From the NCBI RefSeq assembly GCF_006345805.1, contig NC_042999.1, forward strand, positions 43,648,001 through 43,712,000: a stretch of DNA of 64,000 nucleotides, read 5' to 3'. The notes under the pieces were generated by a model that was given only the letters and a program-made list of their open reading frames with translations, was not told where the DNA came from and did no database searches. Below, one piece after another: positions 12,356 through 24,129 of the stretch. This DNA comes from Octopus sinensis (taxonomy: Eukaryota). Both the position numbers and the translations under genes were made by a program. How positions within the stretch are numbered: the first letter of the stretch is position 1; the number at the start of each line of letters is the position of its first letter.

Positions 12356-12753
12356 TCTTTATATATAAAAGTAAGGTTGTGTGTCTGTCTCCTACGATTT
12401 AGATTCCTAACTACTCCCAGATTTTGCGGTGCATTTTAACCAAAACCGGGTATCTTATAGTTCTGATTCATATCGAGCCCTTCTGGGTATTAGCGCGCGT
12501 CTACGATGAGTCTACGATTTAAAAAAAAATTTACCATCATTTTTTTCCATTTTAATGCATTTTTTTCGCTATTAAATAAGAGAAGTAACTCTCTAAAAAT
12601 GTCTACGATGAGTCAACGATTTAAAAAAGAATTTACCATAATTTTTTTCCATTTTTAATGCATTTTTTTGCTATTTTTTGGCTATAACTCTCTAAAAATG
12701 CTTATATAGTTATTTCCCTTACAAACCCGAGCAACGTCGGGCGATACTGCTAG
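12356..12753 (+). mobile_element. Non-autonomous Helitron (398 bp)
   Basis: A|TC start, 3' hairpin CCCGA-GCAACG-TCGGG, CTAG|T end, no TSD. Contains an internal duplication of about 70 bp. Confidence 0.85.
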
Positions 12754-13074
12754 TTGTATTATAAAATATCTTTATTAGTAATAAAATTACCAGTGTCACA
12801 TTTGAACAAGAATAAGTTGGGAAATAAGATTACAGTTGAACAAAAATTCACAGCTATGGTTTTTATTATTGATGATAAGCCTCTTCAATAGGGAAAGACA
12901 GTGAAATAAAACTTAGTTGGAAAGAGAAGAGAAATCCTGGAAGAAAAGAAATTCTGGAAGATTGCGGAATGACTGCTCTTCTATAAATGTCATCATTAAG
13001 TTATCATTAACTAACTTTGAACAATAAAAAAGCCGAGACAAGTGTTGAGTGGTTTGCAATATTATTCATATTTA

Positions 13075-13448
13075 TAAGGCGGTCGGCTGATAGAATATTT
13101 AACACACTGGCCAAAATGCTTATGTTCTGAGTTCTAATTCCACCGAGCCTGATTCTACCTTTCATCCCTTCAGGGTCAATAAAATAAGTACCAGTTGAGC
13201 ACTGGGGCTGATGTAATTAACCTAAACTCTCTTCCAAAATTACTGGCCAACTGGCAGAATTATTAGAGCTCCATGCAAAATGCTTAGCATTTCATCTGTC
13301 TTTGTGTTCTGAGTTCAAATTCTGCTGAGGTCAACTTTACCTTTCATCCTTCTGGGGTTAATAAAATAAGTACTAGTCAAGTACTTGTGTCATGTAATCG
13401 ACTTATACCTCCCTCGAAATTGCTGGCCTTGTGCCAAAATTTGAAATC
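13075..13448 (+). mobile_element. Two tandem degenerate SINE family B copies
   Basis: GAGTTCAAATTC B box and the CCTTTCATCC...AATAAAATAAGTAC central block each occur twice. Confidence 0.7.
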
Positions 13449-14195
13449 AAAATTATTCATGTTTATACTCGAATGTTCTAGAATGTCCATCAAAAATGTT
13501 TTGTTCCAGAAATGTCATCACTATTCCTTGCAGAGAATTTGATTCAATTCAATTAAGACAAGAAGTGCAAAATTCAAATGATCTCAGTTTGTTTAATAAG
13601 CACATGTATGTGTTTGCATGCCCATACTGTATGAATTTATGTGGGTGGGTGGGTGGTTGGGTGGCTGGGTAAGTGTTGCTATGGTTGTGGATTATTAACA
13701 CTTGGTGTTTAATCCATCTTGATATATTTAAATTTAAGCGAAATATAAAATGGTACTGTTGCTAAGCAAGATTACTAAAAATAGATTATTACAAATATTC
13801 AGGTTAAGTCCACAAGGGATGCAAGTCAATGAGGAACATCTGCTAGAAATAGCAGCTAACTCTCTCTTTATACCATATGTAGTCCTGGATATATTGTGGT
13901 ACTGACTAAAAAGTGGGGAATTATTACAGCTTGCTGGAACATATTTGAGTATAGATCTATTGGATCAGACTTAAACCTGAAGCTAAGAATAAACCAAAAA
14001 TTACTGAGCCAATTGATTTATGGGAACACTGGGGCTGATTTGCTCCATGATATCAGACCTTTGTAAAATTGCAGTTTTCTGCAAATATGAGATATATATA
14101 TATTAGTTTGTGTTGTTATTTAACCCCAGGTTAGACTTGATTGAACAGACATGTGATCAAAGGTGCTTCAGTTATGATCATCCAGTCTTTATTTA

Positions 14196-15452
14196 TCAGG
14201 TCATCTCATAAGTTCTGTCCGAATTTTGAATAAAGAAAACAAGTGATCAAATGTTATATTTAATTGAAATTTAATCATCAATGTACTTTCCCTGATTATC
14301 TATGACTTCCTTCCATCTATTTACAACCTTTTCAATCCCATCAATGTAAAACTCTTTTGGTTTCAAAGCGAAGATCTCAGAAATGTCAGTTTCGACCGCC
14401 GCCTGGCTTGCGAAAGTTATGTCCCCCAAATGATTCTGTAAACTACAAAACAAATGGTAGTCTGAAGGAGCAAGGTCGGGAGAATAAGGTGAATGAGGAA
14501 TTTTTTCCCAACCAAACTCTTCGATCTTCTGTGATGTGATCTTTGCAGTGTAGGGTCGCGCATTGTCCTGATGAAACATCACTCCTTTTTGATTCACTAA
14601 AGTGGGTAATTTTTTCGTCAAAACTTGGTTCAAATGCTCTAATTGCTGACAGTAGACTTGTGCATTGATTGTTGCATTAGGTGGTAAAAATTCAAAGTGA
14701 ATTACTCCTTTGCAATCCCACCAGATAGAGAGAAGAACCTTTTTTCCATGAAGTTCCCTTCTCAGTTGTGGTTGAACTTTTTCCCTTTTACCAAGCCACT
14801 GTTTACGACGTTTAACATTTCAATAGAAGATCCATTTTTTGTCACCAGTCACAAGTCTATCTAAAAAGGAGAAAATGAGTTCATGAGAATGGAGAGAAAA
14901 GTAGATGTCAACTTGGGATTTGCGGTTGCTTTCGGACAATTCAAGAGGCGCCCATTTTCCAAGTTTAGGAACCTTTCCAAGTTGTTGAAGATGATGATGA
15001 ACAGTTGTATGGTTTGAACTAAGCTTTATTGCCAATTCTTCAACTGATAATGCAGCATTTTCTTCAATTAATTCCTCAAGGAGCTTGTCAAACTCAACTG
15101 GACATCCTGTTTGATCTTTATCTTCAAGGCTGAAATCTCCACTTCTGAATTTTGCAAACCATCTTCTGCAAGTTCTTTCATTCAAGCATTCTTTCCCATA
15201 AACTGAGTGTATATTTTGAGATGCTTCAGCTGCAGATTTTCCTTTTTTTGTACTCCTGAAGCCATTATGTGCCTGAAATGCTCTTTTGATACTTCCATGT
15301 TAGAAAGGGTTTTAATCAAAGAAATTTTAATTCTATTATTCTGTAAAATAATATTTAATTAGTTTAAATGTACACAGACATTCTAAAATACTATTAAATT
15401 TCATTCAGTTTTAAAAAAGGTAAAATCGGACAGAACTTATGGGATGACCTGA
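14196..15452 (-). mobile_element. Full-length (1257 bp) mariner (DD34D) transposon with a degraded transposase
   Basis: TIRs TCAGGTCATC(T/C)CATAAGTTCTGTCCGA at both ends, flanked by TA (14194-14195 and 15453-15454). Motifs: WAPLEL, TGDKKW, DNARP, YSPDLAPSDYHLF. Confidence 0.95.
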
Positions 15453-15779
15453 TAAGTTATAATATATCCAGGACTATATTAGCCTGGATGCACACAGCTT
15501 CTCTTTTCAAAACAGTGAAGTGTAGTTTGATGGAAATTTGGCTGCTATTTCTTGCATTTGGAGTAACCACATAGAGAATCTTTCATTGATTTATGTCCTC
15601 TTCATCTTTGGCTCTTTGGTTGATACATATTGTTTATGTATGATATGTGTTGTGTAACTACGAACACATGGGCTTGTGTTGTTATGTAATGCTTGTGATG
15701 AATGTATTCCATTGTGTATTTTAAATTTGCATTTTGTTATATGTCATGTATATGCTAGGAATTAAGTTATGTAATTTAT

Positions 15780-16164
15780 GTGTTGTGAATTATGAATACA
15801 TTATAATACTAATGAGCTTATTGTCATTTGTTGCTATGTACTGATGTAAATTATGAATATATTATAATAATAATGAGCTTATTGTTATCTGTTGTTATGT
15901 GCTGTTGTGAAATATGAATACATTATGATAATAATGAGCCTATTGTCGTTTGTTGCTGTGTGCTTATGTGAATTTTTAATATATTATAATAATAATGAGC
16001 TTATTGTCATCTGTTGCTATGTGCTGTTGTGAATTAGGGATACATTATAATAATAATGAGGTTATTGTCATCAATTGCTATGTGCTGTGGTGAATTATCA
16101 ATACTTTATGATAATAATGAGCATATTGTCATTTGTTGTTAAGAGCTTTGTGAATTATAAATAC

Positions 16165-16202
<38 letters not shown>

Positions 16203-16510
16203 CAGGGACCTTTTGAGCGGGATGGGCTACTCAACCTGAAGAAAATTCTAACTGGGCCCCACCTGCAAGGTCATGTGCTGTTTATCTTGATATGAGATCA
16301 CCATGTCGCGCACATATAGTTGTGATGCATGTGGCTGGTGTACCCTTATCAGACGGGTAGTCATGATGGGTATATTGGGCTTCGTATATTTTACCCCAGT
16401 GTCACTTTGATGGCATGAACTGCTCTCTCACTCAATAATAATAATAATTTCATTGTTGTGTTGCTATGTGCTGTGGTGAATTATGAATATATTATAATAA
16501 TGAGTTTATT
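15780..16510. repeat. AT-rich minisatellite, about 61 bp unit, about 8 copies, interrupted at 16200-16445
   Basis: GTGAATTATGAATATATTATAATAATAATGAGCTTATTGTC-like units at a period of about 61 bp. Confidence 0.8.
16200..16445 (+). mobile_element. Retroposon 3' fragment with (AAT)n tail, inserted in an AAT run
   Basis: Higher-GC block flanked by (ATA)n on both sides. Family identity is uncertain. Confidence 0.45.
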
Positions 16511-17214
16511 GTATGTGGTGCTCAGGTATGCTACAACTCATCAGAAAACAGAAAAAGTAGGAACAGAAAGCAAACATATAAATTAACTAAAGAAAGACAA
16601 CAATGAAAGCCAAAAGTGCAAGCACAGTATACGGAATAAAACGCGAAAGGACAGAAAAATGAACAGTAAAAAAGCCATTAAGAAGAATAGGGTGCATAGA
16701 CATGTCAGCAGTGGTGTTGGAAAATTTCTAAAAAACATTGAATGTTTGCAAGATGCCGTGTCCTGACAGCTAACAAATGATTTATGTATTGTTATGGACT
16801 CTGTGCATGTTTTGCATAATGTATACTCAGAATTATAAACACAATGGGTTATGCGCTTCTACACAAGTTGTAGTGGTTGCGTGATGTCATATGCGTTGCA
16901 TGATTGTGTGCGTATGTGTATGATGTTATGTGCTGTTATGGGTTGTGAGTGTGATGCTCTGCAATGTCATGTATTGTGAATGTTTTATGCGTTGTGTATT
17001 GCATGTGTTGTGTGATGCAAAGTGGTGTATGTGCTGGACATATTGAAAGTACTGGTTTATGTGGTTTGAATGTGAGTTAGATGTGATATTATGTGTTGTG
17101 TGCGTGTATGTGTGTGTGTGTGTTATGTTGCTAGTGTTGTGCAAGTAATAGGTAACCCTCTTCGAAGTTGAACCTAGAATGTTTAAGTTTGAAAGTCAAA
17201 CTACTGGTGGCTAA

Positions 17215-17509
17215 TCTATCTAAATACTGTATATATAAAGCTGAAGTTGTCTGTGTATGGCAGGTTTGGTAGCCTTCAACAAACACTATCTCCTCCAAGA
17301 CCCTGCGGCGCAAGTTGACCAAAATTGAGAGTATGATAGAAGAAGGCTTGCTCTTCCTTCCGTAGAAGAAAAAATTCAAAAAATTTCAACCAGAAAAATG
17401 TTCACTTAAAGAGACTAACAAGCTACATAATGCGAAATTTTTACTTTTCAAAAATTCCAATTCTAAAAGGTCAAAACAAATCCGAGCAACGCCAGGCGAT
17501 ACTTGCTAG
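17215..17509 (+). mobile_element. Non-autonomous Helitron (diverged)
   Basis: 5' TCTATCTAAATACTGTATATATAAAG...TTGTCTGTG and 3' CCGAGCAACGCCAGGCGATACTTGCTAG|T. Confidence 0.7.
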
Positions 17510-17934
17510 TATTACTATATTTGGTGATATTGACCAGAGTTCATTTCAACTATATTCTTGAACCCTATTATAATGCCATCTGACATATTTTCAAGCTTAT
17601 TGTCTTTGACATCAGCTATGGATGGACATTAACAGACAAAAAGAAAAATTCAATTTTCACATCTAAAAGTCACATAGAACATTCTGAAGCATTTTAGTGA
17701 ATGAGCTTACACAAATTCTGGAGTTTGGCTATCTATTGAGAGTGTTCTTATTACTACTGAAGACTATGTGTCCTTTGATTCATATTTAATAAGATAATTT
17801 TCATCTCTTAGCCATTCAAAAATGCACAAAGACTGTTAGCTCTACTTAAACATTTATCATTTGCTGTTTGGTATCAAAATTTTTGTTGACAATCTTTATG
17901 TCTTTTCTTGAATAGCTAATAGGTGTCTTCCATA

Positions 17935-18107
17935 AGGTGGCAAACTGGAAGAATTGTTACCATACCAGGCATGATGTTTAGTGGCATTTTGTCCATCTTT
18001 ATCTTCTGAGTTCAAATTTACTTTTCATCCTTTCATGGGGGGTCAATGTAATCGACTTACCCCCTCCCCACCGAAGTTGCTGGCCTTGTGCCAAAATTTG
18101 AAACCAG
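17935..18107 (+). mobile_element. SINE family B, tail variant i
   Basis: GAGTTCAAAT..., then ATCGACTTACCCC...TTGCTGGCCTTGTGCCAAAATTTGAAAC. Confidence 0.7.
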
Positions 18108-18528
18108 TGTGTGTCTTTTTTCACACTACAACCATTTTAGCTGCAACACACACTCCCTGATCTAATCACTTGCCTGGTGAGTGTATGCCACCAAAATTTC
18201 ATTGCATAACTCTCTAAGAGATTATTCTTGTAACTGAAAACTGTGTCCTAAATTTGTTTGAGAATATTTCAGCTCTCATCTTTTGGCAGTTTCACCGTTT
18301 CTTGACTTACACACATAACCTACATGCAACAAATTGTACATTATGTACATAAGAATATTTGGTGTTATTAATAAACATTGTTGAAGGCTAATTCTTCTTT
18401 CTATTGATTATTTGACATGTTAATCATAACACAACTAATGCATATCAAATATTGGGTTATGTGATTTGAATGTGAAAAGGTTTACGTATCTCTTGAATAT
18501 TTGTGGGATTTAGCAAATAATTATTAAG

Positions 18529-18617
18529 ATATATATATATATTTATGTGTATATATATATATTTATGTATATATATATATATATTTATATTTACGTGTAT
18601 ATATATATTTATGTGTG

Positions 18618-18654
<37 letters not shown>

Positions 18655-18892
18655 TTACGTGTATATATATATTTATGTATGTATATATATATATTTATGT
18701 ATGTATATATATATATTTATGTATGTATATATTTATGTATGTATATATATATTTATGTATGTATATATTTAAGTATGTATATATATATATATATATTTAT
18801 TTATGTATGTATATATATATATATATATATTTATGTGTATATATAGATTTATGTGTATATTTATATATTTATGTGTATATATATATATATAT
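18529..18892. repeat. Compound (TA)n/(TATG)n microsatellite
   Basis: Direct inspection. Confidence 0.95.
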
Positions 18893-20648
18893 CATCATCA
18901 TCATCATCATCGTTTAGCGTCCGTTTTCCATGCTAGCATGGGTTGGACGGTTCTACTGGGGTCTGTGAAGCCAGAAGGCTTCATCAGGCCCAGTCAAATC
19001 TGGCAGTGTTTCTACGGCTGGATGCCCTTCCTAACGCCAACCACTTCGTGAGTGTAGTGGGTGCTTTTTACGTGCCACCCGCACTGGTGCCAGACAGAGC
19101 TGGCAAACGGCCACGAACGGATGGTGCTTTTTATGTGCCACCGGCACGAGGGCCAGGCGAGGCTGGCAACGGACACGAAACGGGGCGGTGCTGGCAACGG
19201 TCGCGAAACGGAAAGTTCTCTTACATGCCACCGGCACTGGTAACACATCTGCAATTTCCATTGATCGATTTCCATTGATCGATTTCGATTCTGATCCTCA
19301 CTTGCCTCAACGGGTCTTCACAAGCAGAGTTTCGACATGCCACCGGCACTGGTAGCACATCCGCAATTTCCATTGATCGATTTCGATTCTGATCCTCACT
19401 TGCCTCAACACGTCTTCACAAGTAGAGTTTTGTGTCCCAAGAAGGGAAGGTATGCATACGTAGGCTGGCTCCATCCCATGTAGAAGGCCACGGGTTATGG
19501 ACTCACTTGTCCTGCCGGGTCTTCTCGCGCACAGCACACTTCCAGAGGTCTCGGTCTCTAGTCATTTCCTCAGTGAGACCTAAAGTTCGAAGGTCGTGCT
19601 TCACCACCTCGTCCCAGGTTTTCCTGGGTCTGCCTCTTCCACAGGTTCCCTCAACCGCTAGGGTGTGGCACTTTTTCACACAACTATCTTCATCCATTCT
19701 CGCCACATGACCATACCAGCGCAAACGTCTCTCTTGCACACCACAACTGATGCTTCTTAGGTCCAGCTTTTCTCTCAAGGTACTTACACTCTGCCGAGTG
19801 TGAGTACCGGCATTACACATCCATCGGAGCATACTGGCTTCATTTCTAGCGAGCTTACGCATATCCTCAGCAGTCACGGCCCATGTTTCACTGCCATGTA
19901 GCATGGCTGTTCGTACACACGCATCATACAGTCTGCCTTTCACTCTGTGCGAGAGGCCTTTTGTCACCAGCAGAGGTAAGAGCTCTCTGAACTTTGCCCA
20001 AGCTATTCTTACTCTAGCAGTTACACTTTCAGCACACCCCCCCCGCTGCTGACTTGGTCACCTAGGTAACGGAAACTATCAACTATTTCTAGTTTTTCTC
20101 CCTGGAAAGTGACGGAAGTTGGTCTCAGAGCATTTTCAGTGTTTATTGTTCCTGAGCATCTGCCACATACAAAAACCATCTTCCTAGTTAGCCTTCCTTT
20201 GACATTGCTGCATCTCTTATGTGTCCATAGCTTACACTTGGTGCATCTTATAGAGTTTCTACCTACACCTTTTCTACAGATCGAGCAGGGCCATCTACCT
20301 GAAGGTGTTTGTGATTTGTCTACCTTCCTACTGATTACGACTTTGGTTTTAGCTAGATTGACTCTGAGGCCCTTCGATTCTAATCCTTGTTTCCACACCT
20401 GAAACTTCTCCAGTTCTGATAGCGACTCAGCAATTAGAGCAAGGTCATCAGCATAGAGGAGCTCCCAAGGGCATCCTGTCTTGAATTCCTCCGTTATTGC
20501 CTGGAGGACTATGATAAATAGGAGGGGGCTGAGTACTGAGCCTTGGTGGACTCCTACCTCTACCCGGAATTCTTCACTGTACTCATTTCCAACCCTCACC
20601 CTACTAGGGGCGTCCCTATACATGGCCCACACAGCTCTCACTAACCAT
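18893..20648 (-). mobile_element. 5'-truncated RTE-clade LINE (RT C-terminus plus about 0.6 kb 3' UTR, (GAT)n tail)
   Basis: ORFs 20021-20641 (QGSVLSP, YADD, YLG) and 19503-19967 (RLRWYGHV, RGRPRKTW). The 3' UTR is shared with the other copies. Confidence 0.92.
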
Positions 20649-20699
20649 ATATATTTGTGTTACTGTTAGTGTGTATTCATTATTGGATATTTGTATGTT

Positions 20700-21325
20700 A
20701 TGTGTATGTTGGAACAGACAGGTACATGTAATATAATGTTTATCTCTGTGAGTTTATGTGTTTGTATATGTAGGTGTGCATGTGTGTGTTGATATATATA
20801 CATGTGTGTATATGTGTGATGTTGGCAATTGTCTGTCAGTAACTACAGTTCCATGTGTATATGTGTATGTATGTATATCTGTATGAGTGTGATGTTGGCA
20901 ATCATCTGTCTATAAATACGCTTCTATATGTGTCTGTGTATTTTTTTATATGTGTGTGTATGTGTATCTATATGTGCGATGCTAATTTGCAGTCTGTATA
21001 TATATATACTTCTATGTGTGTTTGTGTATGTGTGTGAGTACATGAGTGTGTGTGTGTGTGAATGTGTATGTGTGATGTTGGCAAATTGTATTTCTCTGTG
21101 TGTATATATGTGTGTACATGTGTATATGTGTGTGTGTGTGTATGTGTGAGAGGTTAGCAATTGTCAATCTGTAAATATATTTCAAAGTGTGTATTCATGT
21201 GTATTTGTGTGTGTGCGTGTGAGTGTGTATGTGAGATGTTAGCAAATTGTATTTCTGTGTGTGTATATATGTGTGTGTGTATGTGTGAGATGTTAGCAAT
21301 TGTCAATCTGTAAATATATTTCAAA

Positions 21326-21359
<34 letters not shown>

Positions 21360-21660
21360 TGTGAGCAGCTTTTTATCTATAAGTACACTTCTCTGTGTGT
21401 GTGATGTGGCCCATATCTATATGCTTATGCATATTCATGCATGCTTGTAGATGACTATACATATGTGTGTGTACATGTACATGTGTCCACGAGTGTATGT
21501 GTGTATATGTTTATGTATGTGTTTGATGTTAGCCATTTTCTATCTGCAAGTGAACTTTTTCTCTATGTATGTGCATATGAATGTTCACATGTTATGTGTA
21601 GGTTGTGTATACTTGCAAGGCTGTATGTGTATATGTGTGTGTGTAAGTATGCTAAATCTG
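20700..21660. repeat. (TG)n/(TA)n low-complexity tract with a recurring GATGTTGGCAA motif
   Basis: Direct inspection. Confidence 0.85.
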
Positions 21661-22047
21661 ACATTTCAAACTTCTTTGTAATTAACATATAAATTATAGT
21701 GACATTTCAAAACTTTGTTGGAAAATGATAAAAGGAAGTCAGAAATGTGTAGAACTGAAGTGCCAGAATTTGGAATATCCACTAGTAGCTGAAATGTCCA
21801 GTGGTAACCAGAATAACAACTGGTAATTTGAATATCTTTTGGTAACCAGAACAACCATTTATAACCATAAAGTTGCTGCTGGTGTCTCTAACAGCTATTG
21901 GTAACCCCAATATCCATGGTAACTAGAATAACCAGTGAGCTAGTTGTTGTTATTTTGTGTGTATGTGTATATGTGTGTATGGATGTGTAGGGTGTGTGTG
22001 TGTGTGTGTGATGTAGGCAAACTGTCCATTGGTATGTACACTTCTTT

Positions 22048-22267
22048 CAGGCGAGCTGGCAGAATCGTTAGCACGTCGGGCGAAATGCTTAGTGGTATTT
22101 CGGCTGCCGTAACGTTGCGAGTTCAAATTCCGCCGAGGTCGACTTTGCCTTTCATCCTTTCGGGGTCGATAAATTAAGCACCAGTTACGCACTGGGGTCG
22201 ATGTAATTGACTTAATACCTATGTTTGTCCCCTCTATGTTTAGCCCCTTGTGGGTAATAAAGAAATA
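22048..22267 (+). mobile_element. SINE family B (tRNA-like head, Meta-like central block), young copy, tail variant ii
   Basis: 17-bp TSD GGTATGTACACTTCTTT at 22031-22047 and 22268-22284. The central block GTCGACTTTGCCTTTCATCCTTTCGGGGTCGATAAATTAAG resembles the Meta domain (inference). Confidence 0.9.
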
Positions 22268-22289
22268 GGTATGTACACTTCTTTATTCT

Positions 22290-22925
22290 TTTATTATTTT
22301 ACTTGTTTTAGTCATTTGACTGTAGCCATACTGGAGCTCCATTTTAAAGTGATTTTTTAGTTGAAAAAATCAAACCCAGGATTTATTCTTTGTAAGCCTA
22401 GTACTTATCCTACTGGTCTCTTTTGCTGAACCACTAAGTTACAGGGACATAAACACATCAGCATCATCTGTCAAGCAATGATGGGGGGACAAACACAGAC
22501 ACAAAGATACACACACACACATATATATATATGACAGGCTTCTTTCAGTTTCCATCTGCCAAATCCACCCACAAAGCTTTAGTCAGCCTGAGGCTATAGT
22601 AGAAAACACTTGACAATGGTGCCCTGCAGTGGGACTGAACCTGGAATCATGTGGTTAGGAAGCAAGCTTCTTATTTCTTTATTGCCCACAAGGGGCTAAA
22701 CATAGAGGGGACAAACAAGGACAGACAAAGGGATTAAGTCAATTACATTGACCCCAATGCGTAACTGGTACTTAATTTATCGAGCCCAAAAGGATGAAAG
22801 GCAAAGTCAACCATGGCAGAATTTGAACTCAGAACGTAACAGCAGATGAAATACCGCTAAGCATTTCGCCTGGCATGCTAACGTTTCTGCCAGCTCGCCA
22901 CCTTTTACCACACAGCCACACCTGC
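22290..22925 (-). mobile_element. SINE family A, with a family B copy nested in its head
   Basis: The family A body resumes as TTACCACACAGCC after 22908. Confidence 0.8.
22673..22907 (-). mobile_element. SINE family B, tail variant ii
   Basis: Close reverse complement of 22048-22267. Confidence 0.88.
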
Positions 22926-23245
22926 ATGTGTGATGTGCTTTGTGGTTTGGGTATTAGCTTGGGCTCATGATCATAAAATCATGTGTTCAATTCCTGGACC
23001 GGATGGTTCTTTGTGTCCTTGAGCATGGTTCTTCATTTCACATGATCTAATCTACTCAGCTAAAAGTGAGTACCTGCTACCAAATGTTGTTGCAGCCTTT
23101 CCTCCTTCCTGCAGTTACATCTTCAATGTTTTGCTGGGTCTATTGGGTATACTACTGAAAGGATGTCTATATCTGCTCATCACTATATAGGCACTTAAAA
23201 CAATTAGTGAAAGTGCAATGCCACGTAAAAGCACCCATGCGACAA

Positions 23246-23450
23246 GCCGTTCAAGAATTTGGACCTGGAGATCTCCATTTCCAACGACTTCGAGGGCCAC
23301 CTCCCAGTGGTGTCAGGCATCAATGAAGAGCCCTCGACTACAACAAGATGACCAAAGTTTTTTTTTTCCAAGGTCTGGGGTCTCCCGCCCCTAAGCCCTA
23401 GACCATCACCAAATCACCCTTACCCGTCTTGTTACTTAACAACAGCAACA
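23246..23450 (+). other. 205-bp insert with an apparent 13-bp TSD and AAC-type tail
   Basis: ACCCATGCGACAA at 23233-23245 and 23451-23463. Confidence 0.5.
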
Positions 23451-23463
23451 ACCCATGCGACAA

Positions 23464-23725
23464 CATGTAAAAGCACCCATGTGACATGTTAAAGCGCTTG
23501 TGCAGCACCACACGAAGTGCCTGTGCAGTGTCACATAAAAGCGCCCGTGTGGTGTCAGATAAAAGCACCCAGCACATTGTAAAATGGGTGGTATTAGGAA
23601 GGGCATCCAGCCAGAGAAACCATGCCAAATCAGACTGGAGTTTGGTACAGCTCCCCAGCTTGTCACCTCTGGTCAAACTGTCCAACCCATGCCAGCATGG
23701 ATAGTGGATGTTAAATGATGAAGAT
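23464..23725 (+). mobile_element. Old RTE 3' UTR/tail
   Basis: GGAAGGGCATCCAGCC...CCAACCCATGCCAGCATGGA...GATGA. Confidence 0.7.
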
Positions 23726-24129
23726 GAAGGGGAGGAAGAGGAGGAGGAAGATGATGATGGTGTGTACTACCACTACACAGTCTTTTTTTTTTGTGGTGAG
23801 GTGGCTTGTGACCCTGAAAACTATGCCAGTAGATTGTAAACTCCTGGTAGGTCCTCCCATGCTGGACGGGTCAAAGGATTGAAGCCAGAATAATATGGGC
23901 TACTTCTTCCCAAAGGTAAAAATAGGTTTATATAGGGCCAACACCTCTACTTAGAAACAAGGCAAGAAGATATTGAAGCAGAGCTGAAAAAAATGGGGAT
24001 CCATCTGGAGAGAATCAGAAAAGACAACTCAGAGTTGAAAACCGTGGAACAAGTTGTCAATGGCCTATGCTCCACTGGGAGTGTAGGGCTTAAGTAAATT
24101 AGTAAGCATGGTAAATACTACAAAATCAT

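Noticed and set aside
18547-18917. Y/I/M/C/V-rich ORFs here and at 20855-21160, 47350-47874, 50275-51155 and 61937-62225
   Set aside because: Translations of (TA)n/(TG)n microsatellites; no coding signal.
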